Source: Anaeramoeba ignava BMAN (taxonomy: Eukaryota > Protista > Anaeramoebae). Taken from it: 64,000 nt of DNA. The translations under genes were made by a program, and so were the position numbers. Position 1 is the stretch's first letter, and every line of letters begins with the position of its first letter. Below, piece by piece: positions 1 through 10,061 of this stretch. Location: NCBI GenBank assembly GCA_028826165.1, contig JAPDFW010000068.1, positions 401,506-465,505 of the forward strand, read 5' to 3'. The notes under the pieces are model-generated. The model saw only the letters and a list, made by a program, of their open reading frames with translations, had not been told where the DNA came from and made no database searches.

Positions 1-2769
1 ATTCTCATTTTCAATAAACTTTCCAAAACCTTCTCTTGAATTAAATTGAAAAGTACCAATAAATTTAGTTCCATCAGAAAATTCAATTGTTCCATCGCCA
101 TGAAACATATTATTTTTAAATTCTCCTTGATAAATAGTGCCATCAATATCAATAAACTCACCCTCACCTTCTCTTTTTCCATCCACAAACATTCCTTGAT
201 ATTTTTTTCCTGAAGGATCAGTCAAAACAGTGTCTCCATTTGGAAGCCCATTTTTCCAAAAAGAAACTAAAACATCTCCAATTGAAAATTTGATTATTCC
301 TTTTCCTTCTTTTTTTCCATCAACATATTCTCCTTCAAAAATAGTTCCATTTGGATACTCCACTTTGCTTCTTCCTGTGGGGGTTGCCTTGATAAACGCT
401 CCTGTGTGTTTTGTCAAATTCCGATACGGATATGTGAACACTCTTTCCTTATCTTGCAAAATATCTTCCATTCTCATCGAGAATTCTTCGCATAAATTAT
501 TATAAAAATCCGAAATGAATTCTTGTTTGTTCGGAATTTCCAACTCAATAAAACGATCGGGTGTTTTGATCACAAATTGTGATAATTTGGTGATTATCAT
601 ACTTTTGCTTTTCATTTTTTTTTGTCTTCCAAATTGTTGATTTTGGCTCCAATCAGAAATCCATACAAAATTAAGAGGAGAAATGTAATCCAACGTGAAT
701 TTGTCTGATCCGCGCAAACAAAAACACCAAGAAATGGCATTTTTGAACAGGAATATTTGTATGATTTTTTCATTCATTTCGGGATTGTGCGGATATTGAA
801 TAACTTTCCCAATGTCCATTCTCGTCAAATTCATTTTCGAAAATAATTCTGTTGTTTTTTTGTCTAAAGTGATGTCCAATACTTTGTTCTGCTGAATATT
901 TTGAGTGATATTGAGAAGACGAAGTGAAAGCTTGTCCAGATTGGTTTTGTCTGGATGATCTTCGTTTGTTGCGTCTTTTAATTCCGTTATCGAGGTTCGA
1001 TATTCATCCAATTTTTTCATCGGAATTTTCAACATTTTTACGACTTCCATTCCCGTATTTAATTCAATTACTTTCATAAATTTTTGGAAATTTTTTGTAG
1101 ATAATAATTGTTGATAATTTTCCGTTATAATATTTAAATGCGAAAAATATTGTTGATAAACAGGAAACAATAACGACAATTTTTCTAGGAATAAATCTCC
1201 AATACAAGTTTCATAATTCCAAGATGCCATTTTGCTTGTTAATTCAGTGAAGAAATTTTTGCTGAAATTATACACTCCAATAATATCTTTAAAAATTTTA
1301 TCAAAAATTTCAGAATTGATGATTTTTCCAATTTCCTTTTTGTATTGGTTTTATTACAAAATCATAAAGTTTTGATAATGAATCCATATAGTTTTTCTCG
1401 AGAATAAATCGTTTGAAAAATTGTGTCTCTTTTTTTGTTTGTGGTCCAATTGGTTTTTGTCCGTTTTTGATTCTTCTCCAATCTTCTATTAATTGAGGAT
1501 AATAACTTGATTTTGCAAATTTTGAATAAGAATCTGTTTTCATTAAATTTCTAATCAAATCAGCTGCTTCAGTAAAAAGATCAGGGATAAATTTTCCTTC
1601 TTCCATTTTTTGTATAATTTTTTTTTTCACAATATTATTTATATTAATTTCACGTGGAGATTGAGTTTCGAGAAACTAAAATAAATTTTTAAATAAATAT
1701 ATAAATAAATTTTTAAATAAATTTTTGAAATAATTTTCCTAAAATACTTTTTCAATTATTTCTTTTTTGCTCTTCCAACTCCTTCAACTGGATCAAATAT
1801 TTCTTGATATTGTCTAACTGCTTCCCAAAATAAAATATTTTCTTCACAAAATTCATCTCTAAGAAATTGTTTAAAATAAGCTAAAGAAATTTTGTGTTCT
1901 AAAATTGAATCAAAAGTTCTCATTTCAACTGGTGTTTGTTCTTTTTGATCTTCTCTAATTGTCAATGTCCGATTTCTTGTTTGAGATTCAGGATTAGGAC
2001 TTTTATCATTTTGATTTTGAGATTCACGTCGACTTTGATTTTGACTTTGGTTTGGACTTGAATTTTGACTTTTACTTTTACTTTGACTTTTATTATCATC
2101 ATTTTCGGAATCAATTTGATTTTGATTTTGATTTTGATTTTGATTTTGATTTTGATTTTGATTTTGATTTTGATTTTGATTTTGATTTTGATTTTGATTT
2201 TGATTTTGATTTTGATTTTGATCTTCATTTTCATTTTCATTTTGATTTTCATTTTGATTTTCATTTTGATTTTGATTTTCAATTTCATTTTCAATTTTAT
2301 TTTCATTTTCATTTACATTTTCATTTTCATTTTCATTTTCAATTTTATTTTGTCTTGGACTTTGAATTGGACTTCGATTTTTAATTTTACTTCTTAATTC
2401 ATTTGGATCATGACTTTGACGCCTAGATAAAATTTGATTTCGAATATCATTATTTTGAATTTGACTTCTTGTTATAATTTGACTTTGACGTCTTATTCGA
2501 TATTGATTTTGATTAGCATCAACCGAATCAATTGGTGTAATTGATAACGGAACTCTTTTATTTTCAAAAGAAAACGGATTTTTTGAAGTTGGTGATTTTG
2601 GTTCATTTAAAATGTTTGCTAATCCTTTTGGAAGTTCTCTTGAAGGTCTTCTATTTATTTTATCTGCTAAATTTTCTAAATTTAACATTTTTAAAATATC
2701 TGGTGCTTCCATATGTTCAACTTCTGATTTAGTTTCAGTTTTTTCTTCTTTTTTCTTTTGATCCGTCAT
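1..2769 (-). CDS. RGS + DH(RhoGEF) + PH-like + MORN-repeat protein (alsin-like core), 3' end runs off the window
   Basis: ATG at 2769. The RGS domain (ILEHKISLAYFKQFLRDEFCEENILFWEAVRQYQ...REININ...LMKTDSYSKF) is split by intron 1676-1747. It is followed by DH-like helices (EKNYMDSLSKLYDFVIKP...IGDLF...VYQQY...LKIPMKK...DHPD) and MORN repeats (FEGEYVDGKKEGKG, YQGMFVDGKREGEG, YQGEFKNNMFHGDG) in 1-420. Apparent homopolymer frameshifts near 1760 and 1320; QN low-complexity tract in the N-terminus. Confidence 0.8.
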
Positions 2770-2959
2770 TGTTTTTTTTTTTATTTAAAAAAGTTTCAAA
2801 AAAAAAAAAATAAATTTAAAACGAAAAAAATGAAAAAAAAATTTTTTAATTTTAATTTTTTTTTTTTGATCATTTTATTAGTCAGATTTATTATTTATTA
2901 TCAAAATTATTTCAAAAATTTTTTTTCACCTTTTTCATCAACTTTCTCTCCATTTAATT

Positions 2960-3520
2960 TTAAATTAAAATCTAATTAAAAATATAAATTTAAATCTAAT
3001 TAAAAATATAAATAAAAATCTAATTAAAAATATAAATAAAAAGTGGAATAAAAATCTAAATAAAAATATAAATAAAAATATAAATAAAAATCTAAATAAA
3101 AATAAAAATTTAAATCTAATTAAAAATCTAAATAAAAATCTAAATAAAAATATAAATAAAAATATAAATTTAAATCTAATTAAAATCTAAATAAAAATAT
3201 AAATAAAAAGTGGAATAAAAATATAAATAAATTTATAAATAAAAATCTAAATAAAAATTGAAATAAAAATATAAATAAAAAAGTGGAATAAATTTATAAA
3301 TAAATTTATAAATAAAAATCTAAATAAAAATATAAATAAAAATTGGAATAAATTTATAATTACAAATTGGAATAAAAATATAAATAAAAATCTAAATAAA
3401 AATCTAATTAAAAAGTGGAATAAAAAGTGGAATAAAAAGTGGAATAAATTTATAATTACAAATTGGAATAAATTTATAATTAAAAATTGAAATAAAAATC
3501 TAAATAAAAATTGAAATAAA
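2960..3520. repeat. Intergenic ~12-bp degenerate minisatellite (AATAAAAATATA / AATAAAAATCTA / AATAAAAAGTGG) between divergent genes
   Basis: Directly visible tandem units. Confidence 0.85.
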
Positions 3521-3525
3521 AACGT

Positions 3526-3575
3526 CATTTAAAATTTTTTTCATTTTTTTCATTTTTTTCATTTTTTTCATTTAA
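3526..3575 (+). promoter_or_regulatory. Tandem TCATTTT initiator (Inr)-like motifs upstream of the eIF2-alpha ATG
   Basis: tcatttttttcatttttttcatttttttcattt just before ATG 3591. The same motif precedes most genes in the window and resembles the parabasalid Inr TCAYW. Confidence 0.55.
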
Positions 3576-3590
3576 AAAAAAAACAAACAA

Positions 3591-6500
3591 ATGACAAATT
3601 TAGATTGTCGATTTTATGAAGCAGAATTTCCTGAAGCAGGAGATTTAGTTATGGTAATAAAAAAAGAAAAATTAAAATTAAAATTAAATTAATTTTAAAT
3701 TAAAATTAAAATTAAATTTAAATTAAAAATAAATTAAAAAAAGGTTGTTATTAAACATGTAACTGATATGGGAGTTTATGTTCATTTATTAGAATACAAC
3801 AACGTTGAAGGTAAGAAAGAGACATAAAAAACAACAGAAGGAAAAAAATGAAAAAAAAATAATTAATCAAATAGGGATGGTATTGTTTTCCGAATTAACA
3901 TCTCGAAGAATAAGATCAATTCCGAAAGTTGCACGATTAGAAAGAAAAGAAGTCTGCGCAGTTCTTCGAGTGGATAAGAAAGGTAGATTAATTCCGCATA
4001 AATATTCATCTACAAAAATCAAACTTATTTTTTTTCTTTGTTTCGTTTAATTTTTCTTTTTTTATAAAGGATATATTGATCTTTCTAAAAAAAGAGCTAA
4101 TCCACCTGAAGAAGTTTCACAGTGCGAAATTAGATACAATAAAGCTAAGATTGTAATGAATATTTTTTTCTCTCGTTTTTTTCTTTCTTTGTTTTTTTGA
4201 CTCTTTTTTATTTTTTACTTCTTATAGGTTCATGGAATTATGAGACATGTTGCTCAAGTTACAAATAGTGATTTGTTGGAATTAAATCAAGAAATCACTT
4301 GGAAACTTTATAAAATTTTTGGTCATGCTTATGATGCTTTTAAATTAGCTATTGTGTATAAATTTTAATTTTAATATTAATTTTAATTTTGATTTTAATT
4401 TTATAAATGAATTAAATTTTATAAATGAATTTAAATTTAATTTTATAAATGAATTTTAATTAAATTTTATAAATGAATTTAAATTAAATTTTATAAATGA
4501 ATTTAAATTAAATATTATAAATGAATATAAATTAAATTTTATAAATGAATTTAAATTAAATTTTATAAATGAATTTAAATTAAATTTTATAAATGAATTT
4601 AAATTAAATTTTATAAATGAATTTAAATTAAATATTATAAATGAATATAAATTAAATTTTATAAATGAATATAAATTAAATTTTATAAATGAATATAAAT
4701 TAAATTTTATAAATGAATATAAATTAAATTTTATAAATGAATTTAAATTAAATTTTATAAATGAATTTAATTAAATTTTATAAATGAATTTAAATTAAAT
4801 TTTATAAATGAATTTTAATTAAATTTTATAAATGAATTTTAATATTAATTTTAATTTTAAATTAAATTTTATAAATGAATATAAATTTTATAAATGAAAT
4901 TTAAATTAAATTTTAATATTAATTTTAATTTTGATTTTATAAATGAATTTTAATTAAATTTTATAAATGAATTTAAATTAAATTTTATAAATGAATATAA
5001 ATTTAATTTTATAAATGAATATAAATTTAATTTTTATAAATGAATTTAAATTAAATTTTATAAATGAATTTTAAATTAAATTTTATAAATGAATTTAAAT
5101 TAAATTTTATAAATGAATTTAAATTAAATTTTATAAATGAATTTTAATTAAATTTTATAAATGAATATAAATTAAATTTTATAAATGAATTTTATTTTAT
5201 AAATGAATTTTAATTAATTTTAATTTTAATTTTAATTTTATAAATGAATTTTATTTTATAAATGAATTTTAATTAAATTTTATAAATGAATTAAATTTTA
5301 TAAATGAATTTTAATTTTATAAATGAATTTAAATTAAATTTTATAAATGAATATAAATTTAATTTTATAAATGAATATAAATTTAATTTTATAAATGAAT
5401 ATAAATTTTATTTTATAAATGAATTTAAATTAAATTTTATAAATGAATTTAAATTAAATTTTATAAATGAATTTTAATATTATAAATGAATTTAATTTTA
5501 ATATTATAAAATGAATTTAAATTAAATATTATAAATGAATTTAAATTTAATTTTATAAATGAATTTTAATTTTATAAATGAATTAAATTTTATAAATGAA
5601 TTTAAATTAAATTTTATAAATGAATTTTATTTAAATATTATAAATGAATTTAATTTAAATATTATAAATGAATTTAAATTAAATTTTATAAATGAATTTA
5701 ATTAAATATTATAAATGAATTTAAATTAAATTTTATAAATGAATTTTAATTAAATTTTATAAATGAATTTTAATTAAATTTTATAAATGAATATAAATTA
5801 AATATTATAAATGAATATAAATTAAATTTTATAAATGAATTTAAATTAAATTTTATAAATGAATTTAAATTAAATTTTATAAATGAATTTAAATTAAATT
5901 TTATAAATGAATATAAATTTAATTTTATAAATGAATTTTATTTTATAAATGAATTTTAATTTTATAAATGAATTTAAATTAAATTTTATAAATGAATTTT
6001 AATTTTATATAAATGAATTTAAATTAAATTTTATAAATGAATTTAAATTAAATATTATAAATGAATTTAAATTAAATATTATAAATGAATTTAAATTAAA
6101 TATTATAAATGAATTTAAATTAAATATTATAAATGAATTTAAATTAAATATTATAAATGAATTTAAATTAAATATTATAAATGAATTTTAATTAAATTTT
6201 ATAAATGAATTTTAATTTTAATTTTAATTTTATAAATGAATTTTAATTTTAATTTAAATTCAAGTGATCCAGAAAAAGTATTCAAAGGAATTAAAATGGA
6301 AGATCGAGTTCGGGAAATATTAATGCAAAACATCAAAAGAAAACTAACACCCAGACCATTAAAAATTCGAGCTGAAATTGAAATTAAATGTTATACATAT
6401 GAAGGAATCGACGCAATAAAAGAAGCACTTAGAAAAGGAGAAGAATTAGGAAAAGAACGAGGAGTTCCTATTGAGATTACGCTTGTAGCGCCTCCCCATT

Positions 6501-6727
6501 TCGTTATGACTACAACTACAGCCTATAAAGATGTTGGAATCAATATTTTAAATGAAGCTATTGATTCTATTCATGAATTAATTGAATCAAAAGGTGGTGA
6601 ATTTTCTGTCAAAATTCCCCCAAGAAGTATTTCAGAAACTGATGAACAAGATCTTGCTGATTTGATGGGAAAACTTGAAGAAGAAAATAAAGATATTGGT
6701 GATGATGAAATTTCTGGTGATGATTAA
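3591..6727 (+). CDS. EIF2S1: Translation initiation factor eIF2 alpha subunit (6 exons: 3591-3653, 3744-3810, 3875-3982, 4070-4152, 4228-4355, 6265-6727)
   Basis: Spliced reading gives CRFYEAEFPE..DLVMVV...[29 protein letters not shown]...VLRVDKKGYIDLSKKR...HAYDAFK...RKLTPRPLKIRAEIEIKCYTYEGIDAIKEAL...LVAPP. All introns are GT-AG. Confidence 0.97.
4360..6255. repeat. Intronic ~25-bp minisatellite (TTTTATAAATGAATTTAAATTAAA) filling eIF2-alpha intron 5
   Basis: Dozens of tandem degenerate copies between donor 4356 and acceptor 6264. Confidence 0.95.
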
Positions 6728-6844
6728 ATAATCCACTTTTTTTTTTTTTCTTAAAATTCATTCCACTTTTTTTCTTCTTAAATTTCATTTTTTTTCTCAT
6801 TTGATTTGATTTTTTGAAATAGAATAAAAAAATTATTTTATCCG

Positions 6845-7115
6845 ATTTTAATTTTAATTTTAATTTTAATTTTGATTTTGATTTTAATTTTAATTTTAAT
6901 TTTTAATTTTGATTTTGATTTTAATTTTAATTTTAATTTTATTTTTAATTTTAATTTTAATTTTAATTTTAATTTTTAATTTTAATTTTAATTTTAATTT
7001 TAATTTTAATTTTAATTTTAATTTTAATTTTAATTTTAATTTTAATTTTTATTTTAATTTTAATTTTAAATTTTAATTTTAATTTTAATTTTAATTTTGA
7101 TTTTAATTTTAATTT
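6845..7115. repeat. (TTTTAA)n intergenic microsatellite
   Basis: Directly visible. Confidence 0.9.
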
Positions 7116-7165
7116 TTTCATTTTTTCATTTTTTTTTTTGATTTATTTTTGATTTATTTTTCAAA

Positions 7166-9868
7166 ATGGATTTTGAAATTGCTTTAAGATCTGATGATTT
7201 AGAAAAAATTGAAAAATTCTTACCAGAAAAAGTTAATGATTATATAGTAAATAATAATAATAAAAAAAAAGAAAAAAAAATTTATTATGATTTATTATTA
7301 TTTTAAATAGAAAGTAAAATATTTTTCTTTTTAAAAAAAAATTTCGAAAAAAAAACCTTCTTTTGAATTAGTTGATTTTATTTACATTTTTTTATTATAA
7401 AAAAGGGTTTAACTCCAATACAAATTGCATGTAAACATCAATTAAAAGAAGAAATTATTGATAAAATTATTAAATCAGGAGCTGATTTATTAAAAAAAAC
7501 TGTAAATTAATTAATTTAAATCTTAATTTTTAAAAGAAATTTTATTGTTTTAATTTTTTATTCACTTTCTCTTTTTTTTTTTTCTTTAATTTAAAAAGGA
7601 AGATGTTTATTTTTGCTTATTAATAAATTGTTCTCATTTGTTTTACAATAATTTTAAATGAATTTTTAGGATGTAAAATTTAGAATTTATTTTCTTTTTA
7701 ATTTTTATATAAAATTTTAATTATTTGTTTAATTATTCAATTATTTAATTATTTAGCAAGAATCTGTTTTACATTTTGCTTGTTTAGGAAGAGTTAGTTT
7801 TTCAATATTTTCTAAATTAGTTAAAAATGGAGCAGATATTAATGCTGTTAATGTATATAAATTGAAAATTAAATTAAAATTTAAATTAAAATCTAAATTT
7901 ATTTCTATTTTAGAAAGTAAAATTTTAATTGAATTTTTTTTAATTGAAATTTTTTTTTAATTGAATTTTTTTTTTAAAAAAAAGGGAGTAATTATTATTT
8001 CATCCTTTCATTTTTTTTATTTAGAATTTTTCTCTTAATTTTTCTTTTAATTTTAATTTTGAAATGAATTTTGAAATTAATTTTGAAATGAATTTTGAAA
8101 TTAATTTTGAAATGAATTTTGAAATTAATTTTAATTTTGAATTTAATTTTGAAATGAATTTTAATTTTGAAATGAATTTTGATTTTGAATTTAATTTTAA
8201 TTTTGAAATGAATTTTGATTTTGAAATGAATTTTGAAATGAATTTTAATTTTGAATTTAATTTGAATTTTAAATTTGAAATGAATTTTAATTTTGAAATG
8301 AATTTTGAAATGAATTTTAATTTTGAAATGAATTTTGATTTAATTTTGAAATGAATTTTGAAATGAATTTTAATTTTGAATTTAATTTTAATTTTGAAAT
8401 GAATTTTGAATTTAATTTTAATTTTGAATTTAATTTGAATTTTAAATTTGAAATGAATTTTAATTTTGAAATGAATTTTGAAATGAATTTTAACTTTGAA
8501 ATGAATTTTAACTTTATAGGGTGGATCAATATTACATTATGCTTGTTTTTATAAAGTAGATCCTCAAATTATAAAATTTTTAATTGATTCTGATGTTGAT
8601 GTTAATCAAACTACTGTATATCTCTTGAATTTAATTATTAATTATTAATTATTAATTAATAAATTATTAATAAAAATTAGGATGTAAAAAATATTCCAAA
8701 TTCTTCTTTAAATTATTTATTTTTTTAATCCTCTTTTTAAAATAAATAAAAAAATAGATTGTAAGATTTTCTTTTGCTTTTTTTTTTTTTGCTTTTTTTA
8801 AAGTAAATTTTTTTAAATCTTTTTGAAATTTTTTTAAAGGGAAAAAATGCACTACATTTTTCTGTTGAAAAATCTAATTTTGATGGAATTAGATTACTTG
8901 TTGAAGCAGGATGTGATCAAAATCAAAAAGATGTTTGAAATTAATTCTAAAAAATTTTTTTTCATTCAATTAAAAATTAAAAAATTAATTTAGAAAGTAA
9001 ATTTGGGATAAATAATCATAAATTATAATAATAATAATAATAAATCGAAAATTCAAAATAAAAATAAAATAGACTGTCAGTTATTCTCAAAAAATTTTTA
9101 GATTGAAAAACATTTCTTTCTCATTTAAAATTCCATTTTCAAAAAATAAAGAATAAAACACCACTTTTTCTTGCTGGAGAAAAAGAAAAAAAAGTTATTA
9201 AATGTAGTAATAGTTATGTTGAAGATTTTCTTCGTTTTTACGAAAGAAAAGAATTCACAGATGTTACAATTAAATGTAGAACAGGAGAAATTATGGTTCA
9301 TAAATTTATATTGAAAGCAAGAATTAGCCAAGATGAAACCGTTATTTCAAGATTTTTAACCATTTGCAAAAAATATGATTATGTCGATATTGATTCTTTT
9401 GTTCTTTTTCTTTATGGAAAAAATTTCAAAATTCCAAGTTCCGAAACAGAAAAATTTTCCCAAATAGTTAAAGATACTGGATTAGAAGAAAATTGGTTAG
9501 TTCAAAAATCTGGCAAAAGAGGATTAATTAATGATTTAAGAAAAATTTATTATCAAGATCAAAATAAAGATTTCACAATTATTGTTGTTTCTGAATTCCA
9601 TTTTAAAATCCATAAGGTTGTTTTAATTATAAGAAGTGAATTATATCGTGGAATGTTTTTAACTGTTAAAGACTCATCAGATCAAGTTAATGATTATAGT
9701 GGAAAATCTCAAAATGCAATTAAAGCTCTGATTGAATTTTTATATTTTGATGAATTTTTAGAACAACCAAGTGATGAAGTTTTCAGAGAATTATATGATG
9801 CAATTGATTATTATCAATTAAATGTGAATTCCAATTTATTATTAATTCTTGGTTCAGATATAAATTAA
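7166..9868 (+). CDS. Ankyrin-repeat + tandem BTB protein, 15 exons including 9 microexons (~402 aa)
   Basis: Exons 7166-7246, [7311-13], 7406-7501, [7599-7604], [7670-72], 7757-7852, [7914-16], [7985-87], 8520-8615, [8681-83], [8758-60], 8840-8932, [8994-96], [9073-75], 9152-9868. All introns are GT-AG and phase 0. Ankyrin motifs GLTPIQIAC, ESVLHFAC, GSILHYAC, KNALHFS, KTPLFLA; BTB motifs FTDVTIKC..IMVHKFILKAR and DFTIIV..FKIHKVVLIIRSELYRGMF. Confidence 0.85.
7311..7313 (+). CDS. 3-nt microexon AAA (Lys)
   Basis: ttttaaatag|AAA|gtaaaat; flanking introns 64 and 92 nt. Confidence 0.7.
7599..7604 (+). CDS. 6-nt microexon GAAGAT (Glu-Asp)
   Basis: ttaaaaag|GAAGAT|gtttat; flanking introns 97 and 65 nt. 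Confidence 0.6.
7670..7672 (+). CDS. 3-nt microexon GAT (Asp)
   Basis: aatttttag|GAT|gtaaaat; flanking introns 65 and 84 nt. Confidence 0.7.
7914..7916 (+). CDS. 3-nt microexon AAA (Lys)
   Basis: ctattttag|AAA|gtaaaat; flanking introns 61 and 68 nt. Confidence 0.75.
7985..7987 (+). CDS. 3-nt microexon GGA (Gly)
   Basis: aaaaaaag|GGA|gtaatt; flanking introns 68 and 532 nt. Confidence 0.7.
8050..8515. repeat. Intronic (TTTGAAATGAAT / TTTAAT) 6-12-bp repeat
   Basis: Expands intron 7988-8519 of the ankyrin-BTB gene. Confidence 0.9.
8681..8683 (+). CDS. 3-nt microexon GAT (Asp)
   Basis: aaaaattag|GAT|gtaaaaa; flanking introns 65 and 74 nt. Confidence 0.75.
8758..8760 (+). CDS. 3-nt microexon ATT (Ile)
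   Basis: aaaaatag|ATT|gtaaga; flanking introns 74 and 79 nt. Confidence 0.75.
8994..8996 (+). CDS. 3-nt microexon AAA (Lys)
   Basis: taatttag|AAA|gtaaat; flanking introns 61 and 76 nt. Confidence 0.75.
9073..9075 (+). CDS. 3-nt microexon ACT (Thr)
   Basis: aaaatag|ACT|gtcagt. Reading on past ACT hits a stop, whereas splicing to 9152 restores D-K-T-N-K-T-P-L and the frame of ORF 9293-9868. Confidence 0.7.
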
Positions 9869-10061
9869 TTTTTATTTTTATTTTTAATTATTATTATTAT
9901 TTTTATTTTTCATGTTAAAACAAAAAACGGAAAGATCTTTTTATTTCTTTTTATTTTTATTTAAAAATTTTCCTTTCAAAATCTTGTTTTGAAATTTTTT
10001 TGATTCTCTTTTTCTTTTTCTTAAAAAAATAATTATAATTATAATTATTATAATAATAAAT

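Noticed and set aside
1962-3528. ORFs of KIKIK, FDFDF, ILILI and FLFQF type (also at 8064-8554, 19450-20325, 31935-32267, 45158-45722, 52707-54034, 55274-55480)
   Set aside because: They are alternative-frame or intronic translations of stop-free microsatellites, not genes.
7311-9075. Zero-length recursive splice sites (AG|GT) as the explanation for the cassettes
   Set aside because: Each cassette has 3 or 6 nt between AG and GT, and those codons are needed to restore ankyrin spacing, so they look like coding microexons rather than ratchet points.
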